64,000 nt of DNA from Anaeromyxobacteraceae bacterium (GTDB lineage: Bacteria; Myxococcota; Myxococcia; Myxococcales; Anaeromyxobacteraceae), in NCBI GenBank assembly GCA_032654565.1, contig JAULAX010000015.1, positions 480,001 to 544,000 on the forward strand. The letters run 5' to 3'. Under the pieces are notes generated by a model. It searched no databases. It was not told where the DNA came from and was given only the letters and a program-made list of their open reading frames with translations. The stretch's first letter is position 1; each line of letters opens with the position of its first letter. Positions 33,001 through 42,092 of this stretch are shown here, piece after piece. Position numbers and translations under genes: made by a program.

Positions 33001-35003
33001 ACGACCTCGGGCGTCTCGCCAAGGTTGAATCCTGTGATGGTCTCGGCTGGTGCAGCACCGACTCCGACCTGAAGTGGGACGTGCCGTACACCGGACCCGT
33101 GGCGGCAGCGTACCAGTACACGGCAGGCCGAGTTGGATATGCGACGAGCGCCCAGACCACCGTCGCGCTCTCCTACGACGACGGCGGTACGCTCCAGCGG
33201 AGAGACCAGTGGGTCGCCGGGGACGCCCGCTTCTTCAGCTTTGCCGCCGGGCGGCGCGAGGACGGCAAGGCAACGTCCTGGGCGTTCAGCGCCAACTCAG
33301 GGTTTGGCCTGCCGGACGTGAGCATGCAGCTCGGCTACGACTCCGCCGGTCACACCGTGCAGGCCTGGGAGGGAGGCCGCCTCCTCTGGCAGTCGGTGTC
33401 CGGGTCGGATGGAACGGGGTCGTACGACGCCTGGGGGCGGATCGGGAGCGTCCAGGTGGACGAGGGGCGTGCCTCGCAGACGTGGACCTACGCGGGGTCG
33501 AGCGGGCTTCAGGCGAGCCAGACGGTGACCATCCAGGGCGCCGCGAATCCGGTGGTGTACAACGTGAACGCGATGACGTGGCGCGGGACACAGCTCATCA
33601 GCTGGCAGGACCAGGTGGCGAAGACGACGACGAGCTACTGGTACTCGCAGGCCGGCCGGCTGGTGGCGTCGCAGGTGAAGGACAACGCCACGGCGAGCCA
33701 GCTTGGGCTGACGTGCGTGGGGTTCAACACGAGCAAGGAGTACAAGCCGGGCCCGAGCTTTGGGGACATCGAGGTGGTGACGCAGTCCGGCGGGACGGCG
33801 AGCACGGCGACGTACGCCTACACGAGCACGGACGCTGATGGTGGCACCAACGCGGGGCCGGACGCACCGACCTCGGTGGGCCAAGCGAACCTGGCGTACG
33901 GCTATTTCGGCCGGATCGGCAGCAAGGGAACGGGGGAGACGTTCGGGTACGACCGCATGGGCCGGCTGATCAGCGTGACCAGGACCATCGGCGCGAGCGA
34001 GTACATCGCCTATGACCCGTTCGGGCAGCTGCTCTGGCGGAAGGTGGGGACCGCGGAGAGCTGGTACCTGGGGAAGCACGCGACGGTGACGGGGCTGGGC
34101 GGATCGGTGGCGGTGGACCTGCATCTGGAGGTGAATGGCGGGCGGGTGGCGAGCGTGAGGGTGGGCGCGAGCCCGCGGACGCTCTACCTCCACCGGGACC
34201 GGCTGACCAGCGTGGTGGAGACGTCGCTTTCGGGGGGCGTGCCCGGGGCGAGCTACCGGTACGGGGCGCATGGTGCGTTGACGAGCGCGTCCGGTGATGC
34301 GGGGGCGGCGGAGTCAGAGCTAGGCTACGCGGGAGCGGTGAGGCTGACCGGGGGGCTGCTGCTGATGGGGGCCCGGGTGTACGACCCGGCACTGAAGATC
34401 TTCCTGCAGCCGGATCCGCTGGCGCCGCACAGCTATACGTACGCTGGGGGCGACCCCATCAACCGGTGGGATCCGACCGGGCTTGAGGACCTAGAGGTTG
34501 ATCCGGCGACCGCCAAGAAGAAAGAGGACAAGTCGAAGGCCCCCCCAGGAAGCTACGACAACCCAGAGCCCATGGAAGAGGTTGTCGTCATTAGGGATAA
34601 GCCGCAGTCTGGCACCCGGCAGAACAGCATCGGGCCTGCCACGTACACGTCAGCGACCATAAGCACCGGGGGACGTTCGGGCGCTGGTGGCGGTGGAGGG
34701 GTAGGCGGCGGGAGGGCAGGAAAGACCAGCGCTTCTTGCCCGCCTGGGCAGGTGTCTGGCGTCCAGCCTCGAACAACGGCTGACGACCTCTGGCTGGGCG
34801 TCTCGATGACCGGCAACATTGTCGGTCTCCAGACGGGATTCGTGGCCGCAACGCTCGGGATTCTCGCCGCAACGCCCGTCGGCGTCGTTGCGGCGATCGG
34901 GGGCGTTATTGGTATGGCCTTCGCGGGTAATGGCCTGGTCAAGGACTTCAATACCGCTGCAGGAATCGGCCAGTCGGAATGCTTCATTGAGGATCCCCGA
35001 TGA
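30021..35003 (+). CDS. Sec-signal SpvB-like / YD / RHS repeat protein with a C-terminal tip (putative polymorphic toxin)
   Basis: Signal peptide; VDESTG...LPQARG..PRLGL...GVGATWSL (SpvB/TcB-like); many YD..GR repeats; RHS core GARVYDP...FLQPDP...PINRWDPTG. Confidence 0.9.
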   Translation: MKHLSMPFAFAVCALLASPVAGDAQGLTVDESTGLVRYDYQLDLPQARGRYQPRLGLVSSSGDWLAYPLGCQFHNTGVGATWSLNLPAIRHDGGGSNAALTYYQPGRGVALKSTLRDGSSLVAEVEVGYLKVTRSDTTTLVAVDATGNTMTFKTANPSSAAYPYLLKSVQDPDGNVTAYTWLDGAGAKLGRIDYNAFLAGAADKSNTSTVGDTGNWGTSILLSWTTFNGGSVLDTIQVSVKSVPGAVNPSTGKIEPIAAIARQYQMTYGATANYPNSGAANDTSLVSITESGPAGSTGNLVTTFDRTPEGCIRSVTSPLGAKQEVYYLSAVSFGVPAASYYPVAKTMTISGPALASSIIEYWYGGPKTVGTEYRGFLTSTMQDSATSIVRQTTWNQGSKPFVGSAAAVKEGTISTLGSTYTPPSIAAFRTTTFTRAAKSIGSANCTDSTTEAPAGDYPVIPVVTSVLDQRVVDLVTLGSKRSTTCSKVDAWGNAGEVVLDPDTSYTGDELTTTTTYVVTTSPSAVCKDCVKSRAAGIGTSSTLDRTEITYDAAGRVQQVQRQALATQGVSQFPVVAAYTYDGNGNLATRTEGGTTYAFSYDDWFQARVAKVSAVDVMRPTGKKLVTEMVYDEAGRPAHVLGPYYVAADYPASLVPHRYLAYDGLGRIIAVARQPFSGVAVVGGLAAFSYQPFDPALPTVPASVTTYQFAVAKGFSLGAPPATGDARQVTTFLDGLGRAIQTRERLGGAGADPASSIVEALLTASGSNYLVSGTVLLDGAGRTRATLAPYFSASGSYRDPGSASYAAGSEAVKGPVQATWFQRDTQGRVTCSTVRVVTGMLSASGPGSCASSFLEDGTYARATKTIYRGTTLDGRSVLGVKTVEPRFTATTDYASVGSEVFVDAAGNVRRVQDAEGNRINYLFDALGRATGTSREAPGSTRATIISSVALDMMGRVSARTDPNTGGRTFTYDATTPGLLASVKFNKSNEEIRYGYDLGRLAKVESCDGLGWCSTDSDLKWDVPYTGPVAAAYQYTAGRVGYATSAQTTVALSYDDGGTLQRRDQWVAGDARFFSFAAGRREDGKATSWAFSANSGFGLPDVSMQLGYDSAGHTVQAWEGGRLLWQSVSGSDGTGSYDAWGRIGSVQVDEGRASQTWTYAGSSGLQASQTVTIQGAANPVVYNVNAMTWRGTQLISWQDQVAKTTTSYWYSQAGRLVASQVKDNATASQLGLTCVGFNTSKEYKPGPSFGDIEVVTQSGGTASTATYAYTSTDADGGTNAGPDAPTSVGQANLAYGYFGRIGSKGTGETFGYDRMGRLISVTRTIGASEYIAYDPFGQLLWRKVGTAESWYLGKHATVTGLGGSVAVDLHLEVNGGRVASVRVGASPRTLYLHRDRLTSVVETSLSGGVPGASYRYGAHGALTSASGDAGAAESELGYAGAVRLTGGLLLMGARVYDPALKIFLQPDPLAPHSYTYAGGDPINRWDPTGLEDLEVDPATAKKKEDKSKAPPGSYDNPEPMEEVVVIRDKPQSGTRQNSIGPATYTSATISTGGRSGAGGGGGVGGGRAGKTSASCPPGQVSGVQPRTTADDLWLGVSMTGNIVGLQTGFVAATLGILAATPVGVVAAIGGVIGMAFAGNGLVKDFNTAAGIGQSECFIEDPR

Positions 35004-35671
35004 AGTGGTTCGTCCTGCTCCTTGGCCTCGGGGCCTGCAACGTAGGGAAGCCGGGCCCCCCCGAAGTGCATCTGACAAGCGCCGAGCTGGAGTGCGACCA
35101 GCCAGCCGGTCGTCCCGATAGGATGTGTAGCGTCTCCGCAAGACTGGAGACCTGGTACACGACGTCCTTGCTGGCAGTCGTCGAGGTGGCGGGCACGACG
35201 GCGCCGCCAATGAGGTTCGTCGTGTCGATGATGGGGGGCAGCGGCCGCCTACACACCGGCAAGATCCTTCCCGCTCCAGGTGCAAGTCCGGTCACCTGTC
35301 GCTTCCTGGGATATGCCGTGATGCCGGTGGGTGAGGGCTTTCGGCTGTCCTTTGGCAAGCCCAAGTGCCTGGACGCGGCCGATGCTGGGACGCCGACCCG
35401 AAGGTGCAGCGCAGCGGCCAGGATCGAAGCGACGGAACCTATCTCCAGGTGGGTCGTGGTGGAGTGGCGTCTGCAGGCGGGCAGCCCGGAGTTTCAGGTG
35501 GTGCACCTGAAGGAAGGGAAGGCCGAGGTCGATGTGACCTGGGCAGACGCGGGGAGCCAGGTGGGGGGTTCGGTCCGCGGTCCTGAGGGAATCGTTAGAG
35601 GCATCGTGGCGAGAGCGCCAACACAGACTCCCGAGGCCAGGACCATCCAGGTCGTCCGTCGGCAAGAATAG
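35000..35671 (+). CDS. lipoprotein, candidate immunity protein
   Basis: MKWFVLLLGLGAC lipobox; ATGA overlap with the RHS stop. Confidence 0.65.
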   Translation: MKWFVLLLGLGACNVGKPGPPEVHLTSAELECDQPAGRPDRMCSVSARLETWYTTSLLAVVEVAGTTAPPMRFVVSMMGGSGRLHTGKILPAPGASPVTCRFLGYAVMPVGEGFRLSFGKPKCLDAADAGTPTRRCSAAARIEATEPISRWVVVEWRLQAGSPEFQVVHLKEGKAEVDVTWADAGSQVGGSVRGPEGIVRGIVARAPTQTPEARTIQVVRRQE

Positions 35672-35731
35672 CCTTGCCCAACCCCAACGGCGCCCGGCGT
35701 CGTCACCTGAAGACGCCATGAGACCAAGCCG

Positions 35732-36097
35732 ATGATGAACCCGGGTCCGACCGAGTCGGCCGCTACAGCGCGAGCCGTAGGTCAATCAACAGCGGTGCTG
35801 ATGTTTGCGCTCGCGGTCTCCGTGAAGATCGTCACACAACGCCGGGGCGCAGGAGACAGGTGGTGGAGCCTGGCGGTCGCCATCATGATGTTGGCGCTCG
35901 CAGGCATCTCGGTGGCGCTGGTTGGCGCCGCGTGGGCTGCGACCCGGACGTCGAGGAGGGCCCTGCTCGGTGGCGCTGCCATCTTCCCGCTGCTCGCAGC
36001 CACGTGGGTCCTCGTCGAAGGCAAGGGGTCCGCCTGTCGACCGGGGCGGCCCCGGCCGACGCCCGGCCCGAGGTCCGGGCCGCGGTCCACTTCGTGA
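35732..36097 (+). CDS. small membrane protein, probably truncated at the repeat junction
   Basis: Three hydrophobic segments; its last codons lie out of frame within the duplicated kdsC fragment. Confidence 0.45.
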   Translation: MMNPGPTESAATARAVGQSTAVLMFALAVSVKIVTQRRGAGDRWWSLAVAIMMLALAGISVALVGAAWAATRTSRRALLGGAAIFPLLAATWVLVEGKGSACRPGRPRPTPGPRSGPRSTS

Positions 36098-36183
36098 CCC
36101 GCGGGCTGGGCGGGCGCGGGGCGGTGCGCGAGCTGTGCGACCTGGTGGCGGCGGCGCGAGGTCTCCCGCAGGGTCACGGATGA
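36045..36183 (+). pseudogene. kdsC: duplicated 3' fragment of kdsC
   Basis: AAPADARPEVRAAVHF...LPQGHG is identical to the kdsC C-terminus; the 5' part is absent. Confidence 0.85.
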
Positions 36184-37110
36184 CGGCCCCGCTGGCCACC
36201 CGCCTGCGCCGGGGCGCCCGCTCGCTGGTGGTCACCGGGCTGCTGCGGCTGCTCTCGCTCATCCCGCTCGGCCCGGCGGTCCGGCTCGGGGCCTTCCTCG
36301 GCGGGCTGGCCGCCCGGCTCTTCGGCGGCACCCGCCGCCTGGCGCTGTCCCACCTGGCGCTGGCCTTCCCGGAGAAGTCGGCGGCGGAGCGGGAGGAGAT
36401 CGCCCGGCGCATGTTCGTCCACCTCGGCATGTCGGCCATGGAGATCACCTCGATCGGCTCCTTCGCCGACCGGGTCGAGGCCTACATGGAGCTCTCCCCG
36501 GAGGTGCTGCGGGGGGCGCTGGCCAAGGGGAAGGGGGTGGTCTTCGTCACCGGCCACCTCGGCAACTGGGAGCTGATGGCGCGGGCGGTGGCCAAGGTGG
36601 GGGCGCCGGTCTCGGCGGTGGCCAAGCGGGGCGGCGACGCCCGGGCCATGAGGCTGATCGAGGGCTGGCGGGCGGAGGGGGCGGTCACCACGCTCTGGCG
36701 CGAGGACGCCTCGACGGCCCGGGCGCTGCTGCGGGTCTTCAAGGAGAACCGGGTGCTGGGGCTCCTCTGCGACCAGGACACCAACGTGCAGGGGGTCTGG
36801 GTGCCGTTCTTCGGCCGCCCGGCCTGGTCGCCGCGGGCCCCGGCCGACCTGGCGCTCCGCACCGGGGCGCCGATCCTGGTGGGGACCAGCCACCGGAAGG
36901 GGGAGCGGCCCGGCGACGGGTTCCTCTTCGAGGTGACCGAGGTGGCCTACGACCCGAAGCCGGCCGACAAGGAGGCGGAGGTGCTCCGGATCACCGCCGC
37001 CTGCCAGGCGGTGCTGGAGGAGGCCATCCGCCGCCACCCGGCCGACTGGGTCTGGATGCACGAGCGCTGGAAGACCCAGCCGCCGCCGCCCGCTCCCCCG
37101 TCCCAGGGTA
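36045..37110. repeat. right copy of the 1066-bp direct repeat
   Basis: Matches 27308-28373. Confidence 0.95.
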
Positions 37111-37139
37111 ATTCGGTCCCTACCGAGGGTAATCCATGA
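36180..37139 (+). CDS. lpxL: lipid A acyltransferase (LpxL/HtrB family), copy 2 with the probable native C-terminus
   Basis: Same motifs as copy 1; 319 aa; followed by lptC. Confidence 0.88.
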   Translation: MTAPLATRLRRGARSLVVTGLLRLLSLIPLGPAVRLGAFLGGLAARLFGGTRRLALSHLALAFPEKSAAEREEIARRMFVHLGMSAMEITSIGSFADRVEAYMELSPEVLRGALAKGKGVVFVTGHLGNWELMARAVAKVGAPVSAVAKRGGDARAMRLIEGWRAEGAVTTLWREDASTARALLRVFKENRVLGLLCDQDTNVQGVWVPFFGRPAWSPRAPADLALRTGAPILVGTSHRKGERPGDGFLFEVTEVAYDPKPADKEAEVLRITAACQAVLEEAIRRHPADWVWMHERWKTQPPPPAPPSQGNSVPTEGNP

Positions 37140-37314
37140 CGCAGCGCCGCGCGTCATGCCGGACCGCGCCCGCAGGACCCGGAGTCATGGTCCGCTGAGA
37201 TCTCCGCCGGATCCCGGGCGCTTACCCGCCCGGTTTCCGGCCGCCCCAAGCAAGGCCTGTGCCCGACTGCTTGGCATGAAAAAGAGTGCTATGGTTCACG
37301 GCACTTGGAGGCGC

Positions 37315-37839
37315 ATGAGGCTTCGGGAAGTCACCTTCGCGATCCTGTTCCTGGCGGCGGGCTGTCGGCCCGCCCGGCCCGGCGAGGCGCGTCGGGTGGT
37401 GCCTGAGCTGACCATGGACGGGGTCCAGTTCCAGGTCGACCGCCGGGGGGTGGTCACCGCCTCCGGTGACGCCGAGCGGCTCACCTACCGCCGGGACACC
37501 ACCGACGTGGCCGCCCTCGGCCTGAGCATGAACCTGGTCACCGCCACCGGCCCGGTCCACGTCACCGCCCCGTCCGGCTCGGGCCGCCTCGCCGACCGCC
37601 GCTTCCGGGTGACCGGCGGCCTCCGGGCCACCCGCGGGCAGGACGTGGTCACCACGGCGAGCGCCACCTCCCGCCCCGGCGCCGACGGCCGCGTCCGCCT
37701 CGACGGGGACGAGCCGGTGCAGGTGGAGGGGCCCGGCTACCGGCTGACCGGCGCCGGCTTCGACATCGACCCTGCCTCCGGCGAGCTGGTCATCCGCGGC
37801 CAGCCCCACCTGGTCACAGGCCTCCCGACCCGCCCATGA
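37315..37839 (+). CDS. lptC: LptC-like LPS export protein
   Basis: GGAGG RBS, N-terminal hydrophobic segment (LAAGC), beta-rich body, position before lptA-lptB. Confidence 0.65.
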   Translation: MRLREVTFAILFLAAGCRPARPGEARRVVPELTMDGVQFQVDRRGVVTASGDAERLTYRRDTTDVAALGLSMNLVTATGPVHVTAPSGSGRLADRRFRVTGGLRATRGQDVVTTASATSRPGADGRVRLDGDEPVQVEGPGYRLTGAGFDIDPASGELVIRGQPHLVTGLPTRP

Positions 37840-38452
37840 CCGCGCCGCTCCTCCTCCTGCTGGTGCTCGCCGCCCCTGCCCCCAGCCCCGCCCCGGCCAC
37901 GCCGGCCCCGGTCGGGCCCGGGCCGGCCAGCCCGGTGGCCGCCGCCGCCGCCAAGCCGGTCCCGGCCCACGTCGACGCCGACGTCATCCGCTACAACTGG
38001 ACGACGCTGAAGGTCACCATGGTGGGCAAGCCCTTCGTGACCCTGACCCGCGAGGACCTGGTGCTCACCTGCCGCCGGCTGGTGGGCGACAACGACGCCA
38101 GCGGCCAGCTGGTCCGCGCCACCTGCGAGGGGGACGTGAAGCTGCTGCGCGCCACCCGGGTCATCACCTGCGAGCGGGCCCTCTACGACCGCGACGCCGC
38201 CCGGGTGGTCTGCGAAGGCAATCCGGTGCTGCGCGACGGCGAGACCGAGGCGCGCGGCAAGCGGCTCACCTACCTGCTGGCCGCCGACGAGGTGCTGCTG
38301 GAGGAGGCGGTGCAGGCCACCGTCCCCTCCGACCAGTTCGAGCAGGCGGCCCGGAAGCCGGCCGTGGCCCCCGCCAAGGCGCCGTCGCCCTCCACCCGGC
38401 CGCCGCCGGCCCGGCCGCCGGCGACCCCGACCAGGCCTCCGGGGGGTGGCAC

Positions 38453-38456
<4 letters not shown>
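37836..38456 (+). CDS. lptA: LptA/OstA-family LPS transport protein
   Basis: Signal peptide, A.CEGDV, ALYD, EGNPVL, G.RLTY OstA pattern. Confidence 0.8.
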
Positions 38457-39199
<743 letters not shown>

Positions 39200-39207
39200 G
39201 GAGCGGA

Positions 39208-40719
39208 ATGGGCCTGGAGCTGAAGCAGCACCTCAAGATGACGCAGCAGCTGGTGATGACGCCCCAGCTGCAGCAGGCCATCAAGCTGCTCCAGCTCTCG
39301 CGCATGGAGCTGGTCGACCTGGTCCGCACCGAGATGAACGAGAACCCGCTCCTCGACGGCGCCGACGACGGCGAGGAGCCGGTGGCCGAGTCCGGCGCCA
39401 GCCCGGCCGAGGAGCAGGCGGCCGAGTCGGCCCCGGAGCCCAAGGCCACCGAGAAGTCGGAGGAGGTCAAGGGCGAGGAGGGGCAGAACGAGATCGACTG
39501 GGACCAGTACCTCGACCACTACCAGATGCAGGGCCACACCGCGCCGTCCAACCGCGGCATGGCCGACGAGGAGCTGCCCGGCTTCGAGGCCACCCTCACC
39601 AAGAAGGGCGACCTCACCGACCACCTGGTCTGGCAGCTCCGGCTCTCGCACTTCACCGAGTCCGAGGAGCTGGTGGCCATGCTGATCATCGGCAACCTCG
39701 ACCAGGACGGCTACTTCACCATGCCCGGCGTCGACGGCGAGAACGCCGAGGAGGACGCCTCGCCGCGCGACCCGCTGGTGCGGGTCTCCTTCGAGTCGGG
39801 GGTGGGGCTGGAGCGGTGCGAGGCGGTGCTGAAGAAGGTCCAGACCCTGGATCCCATCGGCATCGCCGCCCGCAACCTGCGCGAGTGCCTGCTGCTGCAG
39901 GTCAACCACCTCAACGCCGACACCCCCGAGATCGTGGCCATCATCGAGCGCCACCTCAAGCACCTGGAGTCGAAGAACTACCTGGCCATCGCCAAGGACC
40001 TGAAGATCTCCATCGAGGAGGTGGTGGCGGCGGTCAAGGTCATCAGCCGCCTCGAGCCCAAGCCGGGGCGCGCCTACTCCGGCGAGGAGGCGCAGTACAT
40101 CACCCCCGACGTCTACGTGCACAAGATGGGCGACCGCTACGTCACCGTGCTCAACGACGACGGCCTCTCCAAGCTGCGCATCTCGGCCACCTACCGCGCC
40201 GCCCTCAAGAACGGCCAGGCCGGCAAGGCCAAGGACTACATCCAGGACAAGCTGCGCAGCGCGGTCTGGCTGATCCGCTCCATCCACCAGCGCCAGCGCA
40301 CCATCTACAAGGTCACCGAGTCGATCGTGAAGTTCCAGCGCGACTTCCTCGACCGCGGCATCGCCCACCTCAAGCCGCTCATCCTCCGCGACGTGGCCGA
40401 GGACATCGGCATGCACGAGTCGACGGTGTCGCGGGTCACCACCAACAAGTACGTCCACACCCCGCAGGGCATCTACGAGCTGAAGTTCTTCTTCAACTCG
40501 GCCATCAACAAGACCGGCGGCGACGAGATCGCCAGCGAGGCGGTCAAGAACCACATCAAGCAGATCGTGGCCGCCGAGGACCAGAAGCACCCGCACTCCG
40601 ACCAGCGCATCGTCGAGCTGCTCCAGGTGCAGGGCATCGAGATCGCCCGCCGGACCGTGGCAAAGTACCGCGAGGTGCTGGGCATCCTCCCCAGCTCCAA
40701 GCGGAAGAAATACTTCTGA
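39208..40719 (+). CDS. rpoN: RNA polymerase sigma-54 factor
   Basis: MTPQLQQAIKLLQ, HESTVSR, RpoN box ARRTVAKYRE. Confidence 0.98.
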   Translation: MGLELKQHLKMTQQLVMTPQLQQAIKLLQLSRMELVDLVRTEMNENPLLDGADDGEEPVAESGASPAEEQAAESAPEPKATEKSEEVKGEEGQNEIDWDQYLDHYQMQGHTAPSNRGMADEELPGFEATLTKKGDLTDHLVWQLRLSHFTESEELVAMLIIGNLDQDGYFTMPGVDGENAEEDASPRDPLVRVSFESGVGLERCEAVLKKVQTLDPIGIAARNLRECLLLQVNHLNADTPEIVAIIERHLKHLESKNYLAIAKDLKISIEEVVAAVKVISRLEPKPGRAYSGEEAQYITPDVYVHKMGDRYVTVLNDDGLSKLRISATYRAALKNGQAGKAKDYIQDKLRSAVWLIRSIHQRQRTIYKVTESIVKFQRDFLDRGIAHLKPLILRDVAEDIGMHESTVSRVTTNKYVHTPQGIYELKFFFNSAINKTGGDEIASEAVKNHIKQIVAAEDQKHPHSDQRIVELLQVQGIEIARRTVAKYREVLGILPSSKRKKYF

Positions 40720-40937
40720 TCCCGGGCGGTTGGCCCCGCCCCGCCCGGGGCCGGGACCGGCCCTGAGAAAGTCGCCGGGAAGAGGGTGCGGCGCCGGCCG
40801 CCCTGCTATCATTTCCTCGACATGCTGGGAGCGGGCAGCACCCACGGCCGCGGCAACCTCCACGCTCTCCCGAGCGCGAGGGCCGCGGCCGAAGCGCTCC
40901 GGCGTCAACCGAAGGGCACCCACACAGGAGGCGGTCC

Positions 40938-41486
40938 ATGCAGGTGAACATCACCTTCCGGCACCTGGAGCCCACCGAAGCACTCAAGACCCACGTCAAG
41001 GGGCGGGTCGAGCACGTCCAGCGGTTCCTCGACCGGCCCAGCGAGGCCCACGCCGTGCTCCACGTCGAGAACCTGGCCCACCACGCCGAGCTGACGGTGA
41101 AGGCGGGGCGCTTCCTGCTGCGCGGCACCGCCAAGACCAAGGACATGTACGCCTCCATCGACGAGGCGGCCGACAAGATCGAGAAGCAGCTCAAGAAGCA
41201 CAAGTCGAAGCTGCACGACCACAAGAGCGGCCACGTCGAGCAGGTGCCCATCGAGGTGCGCCACGACGTCCTCGACATCATCGAGCACCCGGAGCGGCCC
41301 AGCCACCGGGTGGCCAAGAGCACCGTCTTCCAGGCCAAGGAGATGAGCGTGGACGAGGCCATCCTCCAGCTCGACCTGCTGGGGAGCCAGTTCTTCGTCT
41401 TCCAGAACGCCGCGGATCGTGCCATCAACGTCCTCTACCGCAGGGAGGACGGCAGCCTCGGCCTGATCGAGGCGCGCACCTCCTAG
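40938..41486 (+). CDS. hpf: ribosome hibernation promoting factor (long HPF)
   Basis: DMYASID..ADKIEKQL and C-terminal MSVDEAILQL...NVLYRREDG. Confidence 0.93.
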   Translation: MQVNITFRHLEPTEALKTHVKGRVEHVQRFLDRPSEAHAVLHVENLAHHAELTVKAGRFLLRGTAKTKDMYASIDEAADKIEKQLKKHKSKLHDHKSGHVEQVPIEVRHDVLDIIEHPERPSHRVAKSTVFQAKEMSVDEAILQLDLLGSQFFVFQNAADRAINVLYRREDGSLGLIEARTS

Positions 41487-41502
41487 GAAAGGGTGACCCA
41501 GG

Positions 41503-41961
41503 GTGAAGATCCAGGACTTCCTGCAGCCGGCGGGGGTGGTGGCCGACCTGAAGGGCCACACCGCCGCCGAGGTGCTGGCCGAGCTGTGCGCGCCGGTGGC
41601 GGCGGCCCACGGGCTGGACGCCGCCCGCCTGGTCCAGGTGCTGCTCGACCGCGAGAAGCTCGGCTCCACCGGGGTCGGCGACGGGGTGGCCATCCCCCAC
41701 GGCAAGCTGCCGGGGCTGCCGGCGCTGGTGGCCACCTTCGGCCGCTCGCCCGCCGGGGTGGAGTACCGGGCCGCCGACGGCAAGCCGGCCCGGCTCTTCT
41801 TCGCCCTCTTCGCGCCGGAGAACTCGGCCGGCGCCCACCTGAAGGCGCTCTCGCGGGTGAGCCGGGTCTTCCGCATGCCGGCCTTCCGGGAGGCCATCCT
41901 GGCGGCGACGTCGGCCGAGGAGATCCACCGGCTCATCCTCGCCGAGGACGGGACCGACTGA
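41503..41961 (+). CDS. ptsN: PTS IIA(Ntr)-like protein
   Basis: REKLGSTGVGDGVAIPHGK. Confidence 0.9.
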   Translation: MKIQDFLQPAGVVADLKGHTAAEVLAELCAPVAAAHGLDAARLVQVLLDREKLGSTGVGDGVAIPHGKLPGLPALVATFGRSPAGVEYRAADGKPARLFFALFAPENSAGAHLKALSRVSRVFRMPAFREAILAATSAEEIHRLILAEDGTD

Positions 41962-42004
41962 GACAAGCCCGCGGAATTCGTCACGAAGGTTCCTCCGGTG
42001 CGGT

Positions 42005-42034
42005 TTGACTCGACCGGAAGCGCTCCGGTAAGGT
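42005..42034 (+). promoter_or_regulatory. sigma70-type promoter with an operator-like palindrome in the spacer
   Basis: TTGACT-N18-TAAGGT containing ACCGGA-N5-TCCGGT (42013-42029). Confidence 0.45.
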
Positions 42035-42092
42035 CACCCCTCGAATGGGGCGTCCTGCTTCGCCCCTTCGCCCTCGAGGAGGCTTCGACCAC

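Larger units (their letters stand above)
28374..36044. mobile_element. RHS-toxin-like genomic island without an integrase, flanked by long direct repeats
   Basis: Interrupts the kdsC-lpxL-lptC order; visibly more A/T at third codon positions than the flanks; bounded by 1066-bp repeats. Confidence 0.75.

Noticed and set aside
27308..37110. Prophage or ICE att-site duplication
   Set aside because: No integrase, phage or conjugation genes; the repeat is 1066 bp and not at a tRNA. A pure assembly artefact is less likely given two SNPs and distinct junctions, but is not excluded
37271..37290. sigma54 promoter upstream of lptC (TTGGCATG...TGCT)
   Set aside because: GG-to-GC spacing is 13 nt, not the required 10
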